From IMG/VR virus record IMGVR_UViG_3300044797_000163, positions 1-18,397 of that record: a stretch of DNA of 18,397 nt. One strand, written 5' to 3'. Below, piece by piece: positions 5,224 through 11,866 of the stretch. This DNA comes from a virus. Lineage: Duplodnaviria > Heunggongvirae > Uroviricota > Caudoviricetes. The notes under the pieces were generated by a model. That model did no database searches and had not been told where the DNA came from. It saw only the letters and a list, made by a program, of their open reading frames with translations. A program made the translations under genes and the position numbers. Numbering within the stretch: the first letter of the stretch is position 1; every line of letters begins with the position of its first letter.

Positions 5224-5387
5224 ATGATCTCAAAGTAGACCGTATCGCTACGTGGTTGACTGTGGCGCACCAGGCGACGGAGCTTCGAGCGATGCTTGAT
5301 GATCGCTTGAAGAATGGAGCGGAGTCATTAACCATTTCTAGCATTGTCTCTTATTGCCTGAACAAAGCGCTGGAGGCTGCGATATGA
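5217..5387 (+). CDS. Hypothetical helical protein, 56 aa (MLDDLKVDRIATWLTVAHQATELRAMLDDRLKNGAESLTISSIVSYCLNKALEAAI)
   Basis: Translated by hand (below the track cut-off); overlaps both neighbours and exactly fills the gap. Confidence 0.7.
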   Translation: MLDDLKVDRIATWLTVAHQATELRAMLDDRLKNGAESLTISSIVSYCLNKALEAAI

Positions 5388-5617
5388 ACCAGACACCAAC
5401 CTCACATCTCGTGGGTGCCACCAAACGATTTCGCAAACGCAACCACGGCAGCAGCACTGCAGGATCGAATCGCGGGCGTTCCGCAAGGTTCGTCACTTAC
5501 TGTCCGGAATGTCCGAACTCAAACATGGCGAATCCGGAACAGGCCGAACATCTTACAGTATCCGCCTACACAAAGACAGCGACCTGTAGAGCAGGGCATA
5601 GGTGGAAGATTCAATGA
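5384..5617 (+). CDS. Putative zinc-ribbon protein, 77 aa (CPEC...CRAGH)
   Basis: SD GGAGG and ATGA overlap at 5384; CxxC plus CxxxH. Confidence 0.75.
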   Translation: MNQTPTSHLVGATKRFRKRNHGSSTAGSNRGRSARFVTYCPECPNSNMANPEQAEHLTVSAYTKTATCRAGHRWKIQ

Positions 5618-5838
5618 CAACGACTTTTGGGCTCCCGCCAGGAGTTACGACTCACCTGCCGGATGACAGGGATGAAGCAATCGCGGCTCTAATCAATGTT
5701 TTGGATCTCTGTATGATCCCGATCGACATCCTGGTCGGCTCAGGGCAGTGCGATCCTCGGGCCGATTATCTGCCAGCGGATCTCAAACGGGCAATTCTCG
5801 ACGCGCATGAAGCTATCACCCAGGTGATGGCCGAGTAA
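5614..5838 (+). CDS. Hypothetical protein, 74 aa
   Basis: ATGA overlap at 5614; SD GGAAG. Confidence 0.7.
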   Translation: MTTTFGLPPGVTTHLPDDRDEAIAALINVLDLCMIPIDILVGSGQCDPRADYLPADLKRAILDAHEAITQVMAE

Positions 5839-5847
5839 ACCCTCACC

Positions 5848-6342
5848 ATGCGCCACTGGAAATGGAAGCAGGACAAAGTTCTTTCAGTGCTCCAGGACAT
5901 CGATGCCACCGAGCATAAGATTCTGGATCAGCTTCAACCACGGCTCTCGTTTATCAAGATCAAGTTTTCAGCGGTATGCAGGCATTATGGCTGTAACTGC
6001 TGTGGAGGAATTATGGCAGAAGGACCGGTAACACTTACACTAGGACAGACCACGGTAGCGAGCATCGACGGCTACGATCAGAATGGCGCGGCATGGACGG
6101 GGCCGATCCCGACTCCGACTTGGAGCATCGACCAGCCGTCGCTCGATACCATCACTCCGGACGCGACTACACCGGCCAACGAGGATGTCCTCTCGGTTGC
6201 CGTTGGTGTTGCGAACCTCACTGTGACCGTAACTAACGCCCAGGGAACTGTGCTCACTGATACCGAGGCTGTCACTAACGTTGCGCAGGCTCTGGTTCTA
6301 TCGAGCATCAAGATCAGCTTTGCCACCCCGACCGGTGTCTAA
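5848..6342 (+). CDS. Ig-like beta-sandwich protein (possible virion decoration), 164 aa, with a strong internal start at 6013 (109 aa)
   Basis: Thr/Val-rich beta pattern (TLTLGQTTVASIDGYDQNG...TWS...LTVTVT) resembling bacterial Ig-like domains; SD GGAGGA before the ATG at 6013. Confidence 0.7.
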   Translation: MRHWKWKQDKVLSVLQDIDATEHKILDQLQPRLSFIKIKFSAVCRHYGCNCCGGIMAEGPVTLTLGQTTVASIDGYDQNGAAWTGPIPTPTWSIDQPSLDTITPDATTPANEDVLSVAVGVANLTVTVTNAQGTVLTDTEAVTNVAQALVLSSIKISFATPTGV

Positions 6343-6402
6343 CTATGATCCAGCCTTCGGCTGGTGGCGCAGTTGGATTAGTATTTCACGACGTTTAACG
6401 GA

Positions 6403-6464
6403 AGCCCCACTGCTACCGAAAAAACCCGAAGAACTCGCAAGTTAAAGTAGGATGCGGTGGGGTT
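6403..6464 (+). ncRNA. Candidate structured RNA element directly upstream of the tRNA-Met-like gene
   Basis: AGCCCCACTG (6403-6412) pairs with CGGTGGGGTT (6455-6464); CTAC pairs with GTAG; inner hairpin AACT-CGCA-AGTT; A-rich junctions. No family recognised. Confidence 0.35.
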
Positions 6465-6471
6465 AAGATTT

Positions 6472-6544
6472 GGCGGGGAAGTGAAATGGCATCACGAGAC
6501 CCTCATAAGGTCTAGATCCGGTTCGAATCCGGCGACCGCCCCCA
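6472..6544 (+). tRNA. tRNA-Met(CAT)-like gene, non-canonical or possibly a pseudo-tRNA
   Basis: D arm GTGA/TCAC, anticodon arm AGACC-CTCATAA-GGTCT, T arm CCGG-TTCGAAT-CCGG, encoded CCA. The acceptor stem has only 5 pairs (G6:A67 and G7:G66 mismatches) and position 8 is A. Confidence 0.7.
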
Positions 6545-6642
6545 ACATGAGCACCTACGCTGCCCGTAGGGAGGGAGTGGAAGTCTCCCATTTATACCCT
6601 ATGTAAGAAAGGTTGCCTGCAAAGCAACCTATTGAGCACACA

Positions 6643-6855
6643 ATGTTAGTCCTCATCCTATTCGCGGCAATGCTCCAACCTACCCCCGATTGGACGTGCC
6701 GCGCCTTGGATGAGGCGCACATGGTCTGTGAGGCGCCGGACACCTTCGATGTAACCGACGAGGAGATCCGAGCGTGGCGCCTGGAGTATCTGGATAATCA
6801 CAACAACGACGACTTCTGTGTAGAGTGTGAACCACTAAGACTGATCAAATTATGA
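6643..6855 (+). CDS. Small exported or membrane-anchored protein, about 70 aa, with four Cys
   Basis: Hydrophobic N-terminus MLVLILFAAML; ATGA coupling to the next gene; alternative upstream start at 6613. Confidence 0.6.
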   Translation: MLVLILFAAMLQPTPDWTCRALDEAHMVCEAPDTFDVTDEEIRAWRLEYLDNHNNDDFCVECEPLRLIKL

Positions 6856-7178
6856 AAATCATAGCAACCGTAGTCCTGTTTCTATCGTTGGCTACCGCAT
6901 CCTTCAGCCAGACCCTGCAAGATGTCGCACGCCTCAATCAATGTGAACTTCAAGCTATCGCCAACGCGCAGCTCGCGGTTGACCAGGCGAACTGGAATCT
7001 GGAGCGAGTGAAGGCCACGATCGCCAGCAATCACGGTCACAGCGGCGTCTTGTACAACCCCTCCTATAAGTTCGAGGGTGATTTCATCCTGTTTTACTCT
7101 AATACGGTAATTTGGTCCGGCTCTACTATCGTCACGCCAGTTGACCGCAACAGTACCCTCATAGCGGTGCCGCAATGA
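6852..7178 (+). CDS. Putative secreted protein, 108 aa, with a signal peptide and a coiled-coil segment
   Basis: MKIIATVVLFLSLATASFS|Q signal-peptide pattern; heptad-like ELQAIANAQLAVDQANWNLERVKA. Confidence 0.8.
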   Translation: MKIIATVVLFLSLATASFSQTLQDVARLNQCELQAIANAQLAVDQANWNLERVKATIASNHGHSGVLYNPSYKFEGDFILFYSNTVIWSGSTIVTPVDRNSTLIAVPQ

Positions 7179-7450
7179 ACGCAACCGACGTAATTGACGC
7201 CTGGCGCTGCGACTACTGCAACATCTACGTCTATAACCTCGAAGTGAAGGGTGGGGTTCTCGGCCCGACACACGGCGCCCCGACCCCCAAGTACCTCTCG
7301 AAGCTGTATCCCAAGGTCTGCACCCTGTGCTTTGACATGCACAACGTGATTGAAGACAACGACTACTTCATGCGTGAGCAGACGAAGTGGGAAGATGCAG
7401 GCCACACACAGCAGCCGATGAATGCAATTGACAGAGGACGTATCTTGTAG
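7175..7450 (+). CDS. Putative zinc-finger protein, 91 aa (CDYC...CTLC..H)
   Basis: Two CxxC pairs; ATGA coupling. Confidence 0.8.
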   Translation: MNATDVIDAWRCDYCNIYVYNLEVKGGVLGPTHGAPTPKYLSKLYPKVCTLCFDMHNVIEDNDYFMREQTKWEDAGHTQQPMNAIDRGRIL

Positions 7451-7456
7451 TATAAT
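7428..7456 (+). promoter_or_regulatory. Perfect-consensus sigma70 promoter, probably giving a leaderless transcript
   Basis: TTGACA-17 nt-TATAAT; the ATG at 7463 lies 7 nt after the -10 box. Confidence 0.9.
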
Positions 7457-7462
7457 GCCAGC

Positions 7463-7687
7463 ATGTATTATTACATCATGCCGGTTGTTACGTTAGTATG
7501 TGTCCTCACTCTCCTCCTTATGCTCGAAGAGTTCACCAAGCGCTGGGTACGGCGCAGGCAGTACAAAAAGTTCTACTGGGAGCTACTCGATATCCAGGAC
7601 GTGCTCAACGCTGCGCTCGACAGCTCTGAGGCGGATAGGAAGCTCAAGATCAAATATTCCGTGAATGAACTGCGGAAACTAGTCTGA
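7463..7687 (+). CDS. Small single-pass membrane protein, 74 aa
   Basis: N-terminal TM helix followed by a basic stretch (KRWVRRRQYKK); no SD, and the ATG sits at the predicted +1. Confidence 0.8.
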   Translation: MYYYIMPVVTLVCVLTLLLMLEEFTKRWVRRRQYKKFYWELLDIQDVLNAALDSSEADRKLKIKYSVNELRKLV

Positions 7688-7693
7688 GGTCCT

Positions 7694-8173
7694 ATGCGCT
7701 ATTGCCTTCTTTTCTTGATGTTCTTGTTTTTGATCTTTCCGGTTAAAGCTAAGTCACAGGTTCCAACCTCGGCCCGAGGGTGGGTCACCTTCGTGATGCC
7801 GAGTCCGGAAGGCCCCGGCATCGGTTATAATTTTGGCCTCTTCGGTGGGGATGGATCGACTGAAACCAACGTCTTCAGTTACAGCAAGGGCGCCTTCAGT
7901 CTTTCGACGCACTTCCCGCTGGTTGATCCTCATCTTCTGGTTCTCTTCACCGGAACCACTGGCGAGCCCACGATTGTTGCCGCAGATACTTTGGGCTGCT
8001 ATTACGTCTACTTTGACGTTACCAATGGCCTGCTTACCGTCGAAGAGTTGAATGGAACCATTCTCAAACAGTTTGTGCCGAGTGACAGCACTTACTGGCA
8101 AGAATTCTGCTCCCTCGATGGAGGCGGAAACAACTTCTGGAGTGCGGGCGGTCTCAACGTCCTGCATCCTTAA
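7694..8173 (+). CDS. Putative secreted beta-rich protein, 159 aa
   Basis: Signal peptide MRYCLLFLMFLFLIFPVKA; SD GAGG. Confidence 0.8.
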   Translation: MRYCLLFLMFLFLIFPVKAKSQVPTSARGWVTFVMPSPEGPGIGYNFGLFGGDGSTETNVFSYSKGAFSLSTHFPLVDPHLLVLFTGTTGEPTIVAADTLGCYYVYFDVTNGLLTVEELNGTILKQFVPSDSTYWQEFCSLDGGGNNFWSAGGLNVLHP

Positions 8174-8196
8174 AGTCTGGCGTGGTCGCCCCCGCA

Positions 8197-8249
8197 GTGA
8201 AGGGTAGGAGCGCAGAGCCAGGCCCGTGCAGCCCACGGGCCTCCTTCAC
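8197..8249 (+). other. Nested stem-loop structure upstream of the hydrolase catalytic domain
   Basis: AGGCCCGTG-CAGCC-CACGGGCCT (8220-8242), enclosed by GTGAAGG/CCTTCAC (8197-8203 and 8243-8249). Confidence 0.55.
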
Positions 8250-8337
8250 CACACATATCCTCTTATGGATGCTGCTGCTCGTTCTACTTGCACCCCAACC
8301 ACGATTCACTCCTCTCCCTCCCGTAGAAAGACCCCCA

Positions 8338-8766
8338 ATGACCGTAGCAGATTTAGAAAAAGGGCTCGCGTGTATTCTGGCCTGGCGCGAAGAACGTTCC
8401 AACAAGATCAATGGCATGCTCGCCGTTCTGTTCGTGGTGCGTAACCGCTCCAAGGCAGGATGGAGCCAGGGTAGTTGGACACAAATCATCGAGTCCCACA
8501 ACCAGTTCAGCAGCATCTCGGTGGTGGGGAACAGCCAGACCGTCCTATATCCTGATCCCCGCGATCCCGACTTCATCTCAGTGATGCAGTTAGTCGATTC
8601 CGTGTACGACGGCACCCGCGCCGACAACCTCACGGATGGCGCCCTCTACTACGCCGACATCGGCAGGGGCATCACTCTAGGCGGATGGTTCGAGAAGAAC
8701 ATCATCAATGACCCCACCAATCACCCCCGCACCGCCCAAGTCGGCACCACAACCTTCTTCAAATAG
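8338..8766 (+). CDS. SleB/CwlJ-like cell wall hydrolase (Hydrolase_2 family), candidate endolysin or virion lysin; ORF open upstream to 8182
   Basis: LAWREERS (catalytic Glu position), GMLAVLFVVRNR, NQFSS, TDGALYY and terminal TTFFK match the SleB-family pattern. The start is uncertain (8182, 8269 or 8338). Confidence 0.85.
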   Translation: MTVADLEKGLACILAWREERSNKINGMLAVLFVVRNRSKAGWSQGSWTQIIESHNQFSSISVVGNSQTVLYPDPRDPDFISVMQLVDSVYDGTRADNLTDGALYYADIGRGITLGGWFEKNIINDPTNHPRTAQVGTTTFFK

Positions 8767-8836
8767 TGATTTATAGGTCACTTATTACCGATTAACAGCA
8801 TAAATGTGACATATAAAGTCGCATTGTGCCGGTTAT

Positions 8837-8911
8837 TGGCATGTAGCTCAACGGCAGAGCTGTTGACTGTTACTCAACCGGTTGGAGGTTCGAATCCTCC
8901 CGTGCCAGCCA
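8837..8911 (+). tRNA. tRNA-Asn(GTT)
   Basis: Acceptor TGGCATG/CGTGCCA, G73, CCA; D arm GCTC/GAGC; anticodon arm GTTGA-CTGTTAC-TCAAC; T arm GGAGG-TTCGAAT-CCTCC. Confidence 0.95.
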
Positions 8912-9034
8912 CCTTGTTATGAAAACACCAATCACCATCTTTCGAACACATAGCAATCGAAAACTTACAAGGGTATGAAACTCACTGTCAGTGAATGACC
9001 CCGAGCAACTAACTCCGTATCAAAGGAAAACATA

Positions 9035-9637
9035 ATGGCAAATGCAAATACGTTCGCTGGCTTTCAGAACCTGACAGCCGTAACCTGGACCAATGGCTCC
9101 ACCGAAACTGGGTACGTAATCCCTGCGGCTGGTGTCTATCCGTCCCTCCCTTCTCCCACTCAGGTGGCCGGTAACTGGCTGTGCATCCCTGCTCTCGCTG
9201 GCGATGTCACAGGTGGTGTGCTTGACTACGCACGCCCGTTCCGTGTGCGCGTGAACATGGAGATCAACTCGGCGCAGTCCGAGAACATTACGATCGCGAT
9301 CTACCAGGCGACCGCTGCCAAGTTCGCCGCTGGCATCACCGCTACTGGCAATGGCACAAAGATCGCCACCACTGGCGCGTTGGCGACTGGCGCTGCACTC
9401 AAAGGCAAGGTGTTCCTCGATGCCGTTTGCATCTGGGATAGCCAGTCAAAGTCTTTGAACGGCTATTACTCTGGTTACAACGCTCTCGGCACCCCCGCCG
9501 TGATCGCTGCTACCACCTTCAGTGCTGCGGTTGCGTCCCTGAACGAGAGCGATTTGAACTTCTTCTTCACGGTCCTGACGGCCACCGGCACGTCTGATGT
9601 CATCGGCCCGATCGATTTCACCATCGACCGTTACTAA
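9035..9637 (+). CDS. Putative virion structural protein, 200 aa (Ala/Thr/Gly-rich, beta-sandwich-like)
   Basis: SD AAAGGA; strongly biased codon usage; MANANT start and composition typical of structural proteins. Function is inferred only. Confidence 0.7.
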   Translation: MANANTFAGFQNLTAVTWTNGSTETGYVIPAAGVYPSLPSPTQVAGNWLCIPALAGDVTGGVLDYARPFRVRVNMEINSAQSENITIAIYQATAAKFAAGITATGNGTKIATTGALATGAALKGKVFLDAVCIWDSQSKSLNGYYSGYNALGTPAVIAATTFSAAVASLNESDLNFFFTVLTATGTSDVIGPIDFTIDRY

Positions 9638-9679
9638 ACAAGATGTCCTGGGCATGACTAGAAACTGCCCAAATTCTAA

Positions 9680-9755
9680 GCCAGCGTAGCTCAAGCGGAA
9701 GAGCAACCGCACTGTAAGCGGAAGCGTGGGGTTTCGACTATCTCCGCTGGCTCCA
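9680..9755 (+). tRNA. tRNA-Thr(TGT), non-canonical
   Basis: Perfect acceptor GCCAGCG/CGCTGGC (Thr identity pairs G1-C72 and C2-G71), T73, CCA; anticodon loop ACTGTAA (A32, C33); T53-A61 instead of G53-C61. Confidence 0.8.
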
Positions 9756-9757
9756 AT

Positions 9758-9832
9758 GGGCCTGTAGTGCTAGTGCGAACACGCCCCGCTTGCACCGGGG
9801 AATCAGAGGTTGAACTCCTCTCAGGTCCACCA
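9758..9832 (+). tRNA. tRNA-Ala(TGC)
   Basis: Acceptor GGGCCTG/CAGGTCC with the G3:U70 Ala determinant, A73, CCA; anticodon arm CCCCG-CTTGCAC-CGGGG; atypical T loop TTGAACT and a D loop lacking GG. Confidence 0.9.
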
Positions 9833-9836
9833 AATT

Positions 9837-10091
9837 ATGGCAGCTAAAGACGTACTCGCGGGTCAAGCAAGAGGGCAGGGAACCAAGGTCGCGGAGTATT
9901 CCGAGGCTGGGCCTTTCCATTGTAAAGACTGCACGTATCTGAAGACGCCAGGCCCCGATGCGGCCCACGGCCTCTGCAACCAGAAAGTCATGCTGAAAGA
10001 TCCTCAGGTCAAGACGGATGCGAAAAGTAAGTTAAAAATCGTCAACATCGAGCATGGCTGCTGCCGGTTCGTGAAGGTAAAAAATGGCTAA
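9837..10091 (+). CDS. Small Cys-rich metal-binding protein, 84 aa (CKDC-x13-C-x25-GCC)
   Basis: ATG 5 nt after the tRNA-Ala CCA; the track start at 9810 lies inside the tRNA. Confidence 0.75.
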   Translation: MAAKDVLAGQARGQGTKVAEYSEAGPFHCKDCTYLKTPGPDAAHGLCNQKVMLKDPQVKTDAKSKLKIVNIEHGCCRFVKVKNG

Positions 10092-10449
10092 CGTATTCAG
10101 CTCCAACCCTGTGTATATCGACACTGATACGACAGTGGGAGGCAACACCAACTGGAAGGGATCGAGCGGAGGGTCCAAGTACACCGGGGGTATCGGCATC
10201 CGTCCGATTCAAATCATCCTCACGCCCCTCGGCGCGACCACGGCCACTGAGATCGTTATCAATGAGGTCAAGTCTGTTGGTGGTGCCACAGGTGCTGTGC
10301 TCTTCGCCGTTCAATTTCCTACTGCTACCGCTACTGCCGCCGTCTCACTGCAGTTCAACCTGGAACAGACAGCTTCAGGATGGCATGACTTCATCGTTAC
10401 CGGCGTAACAGCGGCGGGCATCGCGATGACGATTTACTACAGGGTTTAA
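10084..10449 (+). CDS. Putative small virion structural protein, 121 aa (beta-rich)
   Basis: Overlaps the upstream stop; alternating beta-strand pattern; Gly/Thr-rich. Confidence 0.7.
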   Translation: MANVFSSNPVYIDTDTTVGGNTNWKGSSGGSKYTGGIGIRPIQIILTPLGATTATEIVINEVKSVGGATGAVLFAVQFPTATATAAVSLQFNLEQTASGWHDFIVTGVTAAGIAMTIYYRV

Positions 10450-10457
10450 GGAGATCT

Positions 10458-10757
10458 ATGGCAGACCGTACTCGTAGTGCAATGGGTGGTTCAAAACCCA
10501 AAAAGAAATCCAGCAAGTCTCGCTCGAAGAAGAAATCGAGCAAACGTTTCAAGTCCATGAACATTCGGCGCATGAGCGGGGCGGATAATCCCCAGTTCTC
10601 GATCTCGCACGAACAGCATCCCGGCGAAGACGGCACCACCGCAGCTCCAGAAGAGCACGGCGCGGCTGACGAACAGGATTTGATGAGCCATGTTCAACAG
10701 CATGCTCCGAACCTCGGCCCGCCCGAGCCCCAGGAACCGATGCCGCAGATGGCGTAA
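10458..10757 (+). CDS. Hypothetical protein, 99 aa, with a Lys/Ser-rich N-terminus and an acidic His-rich C-terminus (possible nucleic-acid-binding or core protein)
   Basis: SD AAGGAG; KPKKKSSKSRSKKKSSKRFK. Confidence 0.8.
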   Translation: MADRTRSAMGGSKPKKKSSKSRSKKKSSKRFKSMNIRRMSGADNPQFSISHEQHPGEDGTTAAPEEHGAADEQDLMSHVQQHAPNLGPPEPQEPMPQMA

Positions 10758-11294
10758 ATGGCTTACACCGCATCGTCTTCACCACCGCACCCAGCCTTTG
10801 ATCCCTCCTTCGATCCCTCCTGGTACACCATCCGCCTTACTGATGGCCGCAGGTTTGAAATCGCCCACGATGATGACACCTGGTACGTCATCATCGATGG
10901 CCGTTTCTATTGTGCGGCCAAGCGGGAAGATCTCTTGCGCGGTGTGGAGGAGCACTTCCACGTTCGGCATCCGCAGCCCCCACCGGCTCCAGACAAACAT
11001 CCCCTGCAAATTGCCGCCGAAACATTGAAAAGCTCAACCTCCTCTTTAATCGATCGCCAAGCGGCCCGCAACGACTTGAAACGCTTCGCCTCGGCGGGAG
11101 ATGTTGCTGCGAAGGTCTTGCTGCAGGATCTTTCCAACAAACCGGCTCTCTCTCCTCGCGCCCAAACTATCACGGCCCGCCTGAAGAAGGACAGCTTTGA
11201 GGATGTGACTCACGAGGAGCTTGTTCAACACGTAAACGATCTAGTGCTGCGTTCGGTCCTAATACTCGAACTATCCGACAGGCTGAGGTTCTAA
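10758..11294 (+). CDS. Hypothetical protein, 178 aa
   Basis: Abuts both neighbours (TAAATG and TAATG). Confidence 0.7.
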   Translation: MAYTASSSPPHPAFDPSFDPSWYTIRLTDGRRFEIAHDDDTWYVIIDGRFYCAAKREDLLRGVEEHFHVRHPQPPPAPDKHPLQIAAETLKSSTSSLIDRQAARNDLKRFASAGDVAAKVLLQDLSNKPALSPRAQTITARLKKDSFEDVTHEELVQHVNDLVLRSVLILELSDRLRF

Positions 11295-11866
11295 TGATAG
11301 GTCTGAGCAATGCACTTACTCCGAGCATCGATACGATCGGACTGCAGGTTGCGATTGGCCCCGCGACCTTGTGGTTGAACGGTACCGTCATTATCTCGCC
11401 CTTCAGCTACGTATATTTGTCCAATAACTCGACCACCTACATCTATCTGAACACGACTAGCGGCCAGATCGGTGCTAATAATTCTGGTTATGCATCCGGT
11501 AACATCCCCATCGCCACGGTTATAACCAATCTCACGCGAGTTACAAGCCTGATCGACACACGGCCTGATTTTACCAACATCGGCAGCGCAACTGGAAGCG
11601 GTGGCACGGTGTGGGCTGATGTAAGCAGCAGCGGAACGTTCGTTCCGACCTCGCTCAACCAATCTATCAATGCTTCAGGAACTATATCGATCGCGCTCAC
11701 TGCAGTCGCCGGTCAGATCTACAACGTCGTGAACACAGGAAATGGGGTCATAACCCTGACCACCACCGCTTCAGCGACCATTTACGAGTTAGTCAATCAA
11801 AACCAGGCCGTACAAATTAGTTACGACATCACCAGTACGACGTTCCGAGTCCTGGGGGGAAATTAA
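11294..11866 (+). CDS. Putative tail fibre or baseplate-associated structural protein, 190 aa
   Basis: TTYIYL...G..NNSGY...PIATV.T....I..DTRPDF pattern recalled from phage fibre-proximal proteins; Thr/Ser/Asn-rich. Confidence 0.7.
   Translation: MIGLSNALTPSIDTIGLQVAIGPATLWLNGTVIISPFSYVYLSNNSTTYIYLNTTSGQIGANNSGYASGNIPIATVITNLTRVTSLIDTRPDFTNIGSATGSGGTVWADVSSSGTFVPTSLNQSINASGTISIALTAVAGQIYNVVNTGNGVITLTTTASATIYELVNQNQAVQISYDITSTTFRVLGGN

Noticed and set aside
5415-5666. Alternative-frame ORF (83 aa) overlapping the zinc-ribbon gene
   Set aside because: No SD, coupling or motif, unlike the nested MTase frame; likely a chance ORF.
6436-6451. GCAAGTTAAAGTAGG resembles part of the Cas9 tracrRNA (GCAAGTTAAAATAAGG)
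   Set aside because: Short imperfect match with no CRISPR repeat or cas gene in the window; treated as coincidence.
6425-6451. CCGAAG motif suggesting a glycine riboswitch
   Set aside because: The GGAGA and CTCTCAGG conserved segments are absent.
7754-8633. Long minus-strand ORFs (160 and 159 aa)
   Set aside because: Antisense to the secreted protein and the SleB-like hydrolase; typical shadows.
8912-9000. Two tiny ORFs (MKTPITIF..., MKLTVSE) and a CCTTGT/ACAAGG pairing after tRNA-Asn
   Set aside because: No SD and too short to support; the pairing is weak.
9649-9671. Hairpin TGGGCA-N11-TGCCCA before tRNA-Thr, considered as a tRNA remnant or terminator
   Set aside because: Only 6 bp, no U-tract and no other tRNA arms.
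9810-9836. Track start of the ORF at 9810
   Set aside because: Lies inside tRNA-Ala; the ATG at 9837 is used instead.
10793-10820. Short tandem repeat TT(T/C)GATCCCTCC (FDPS twice)
   Set aside because: Two-copy in-frame coding duplication with no further pattern.
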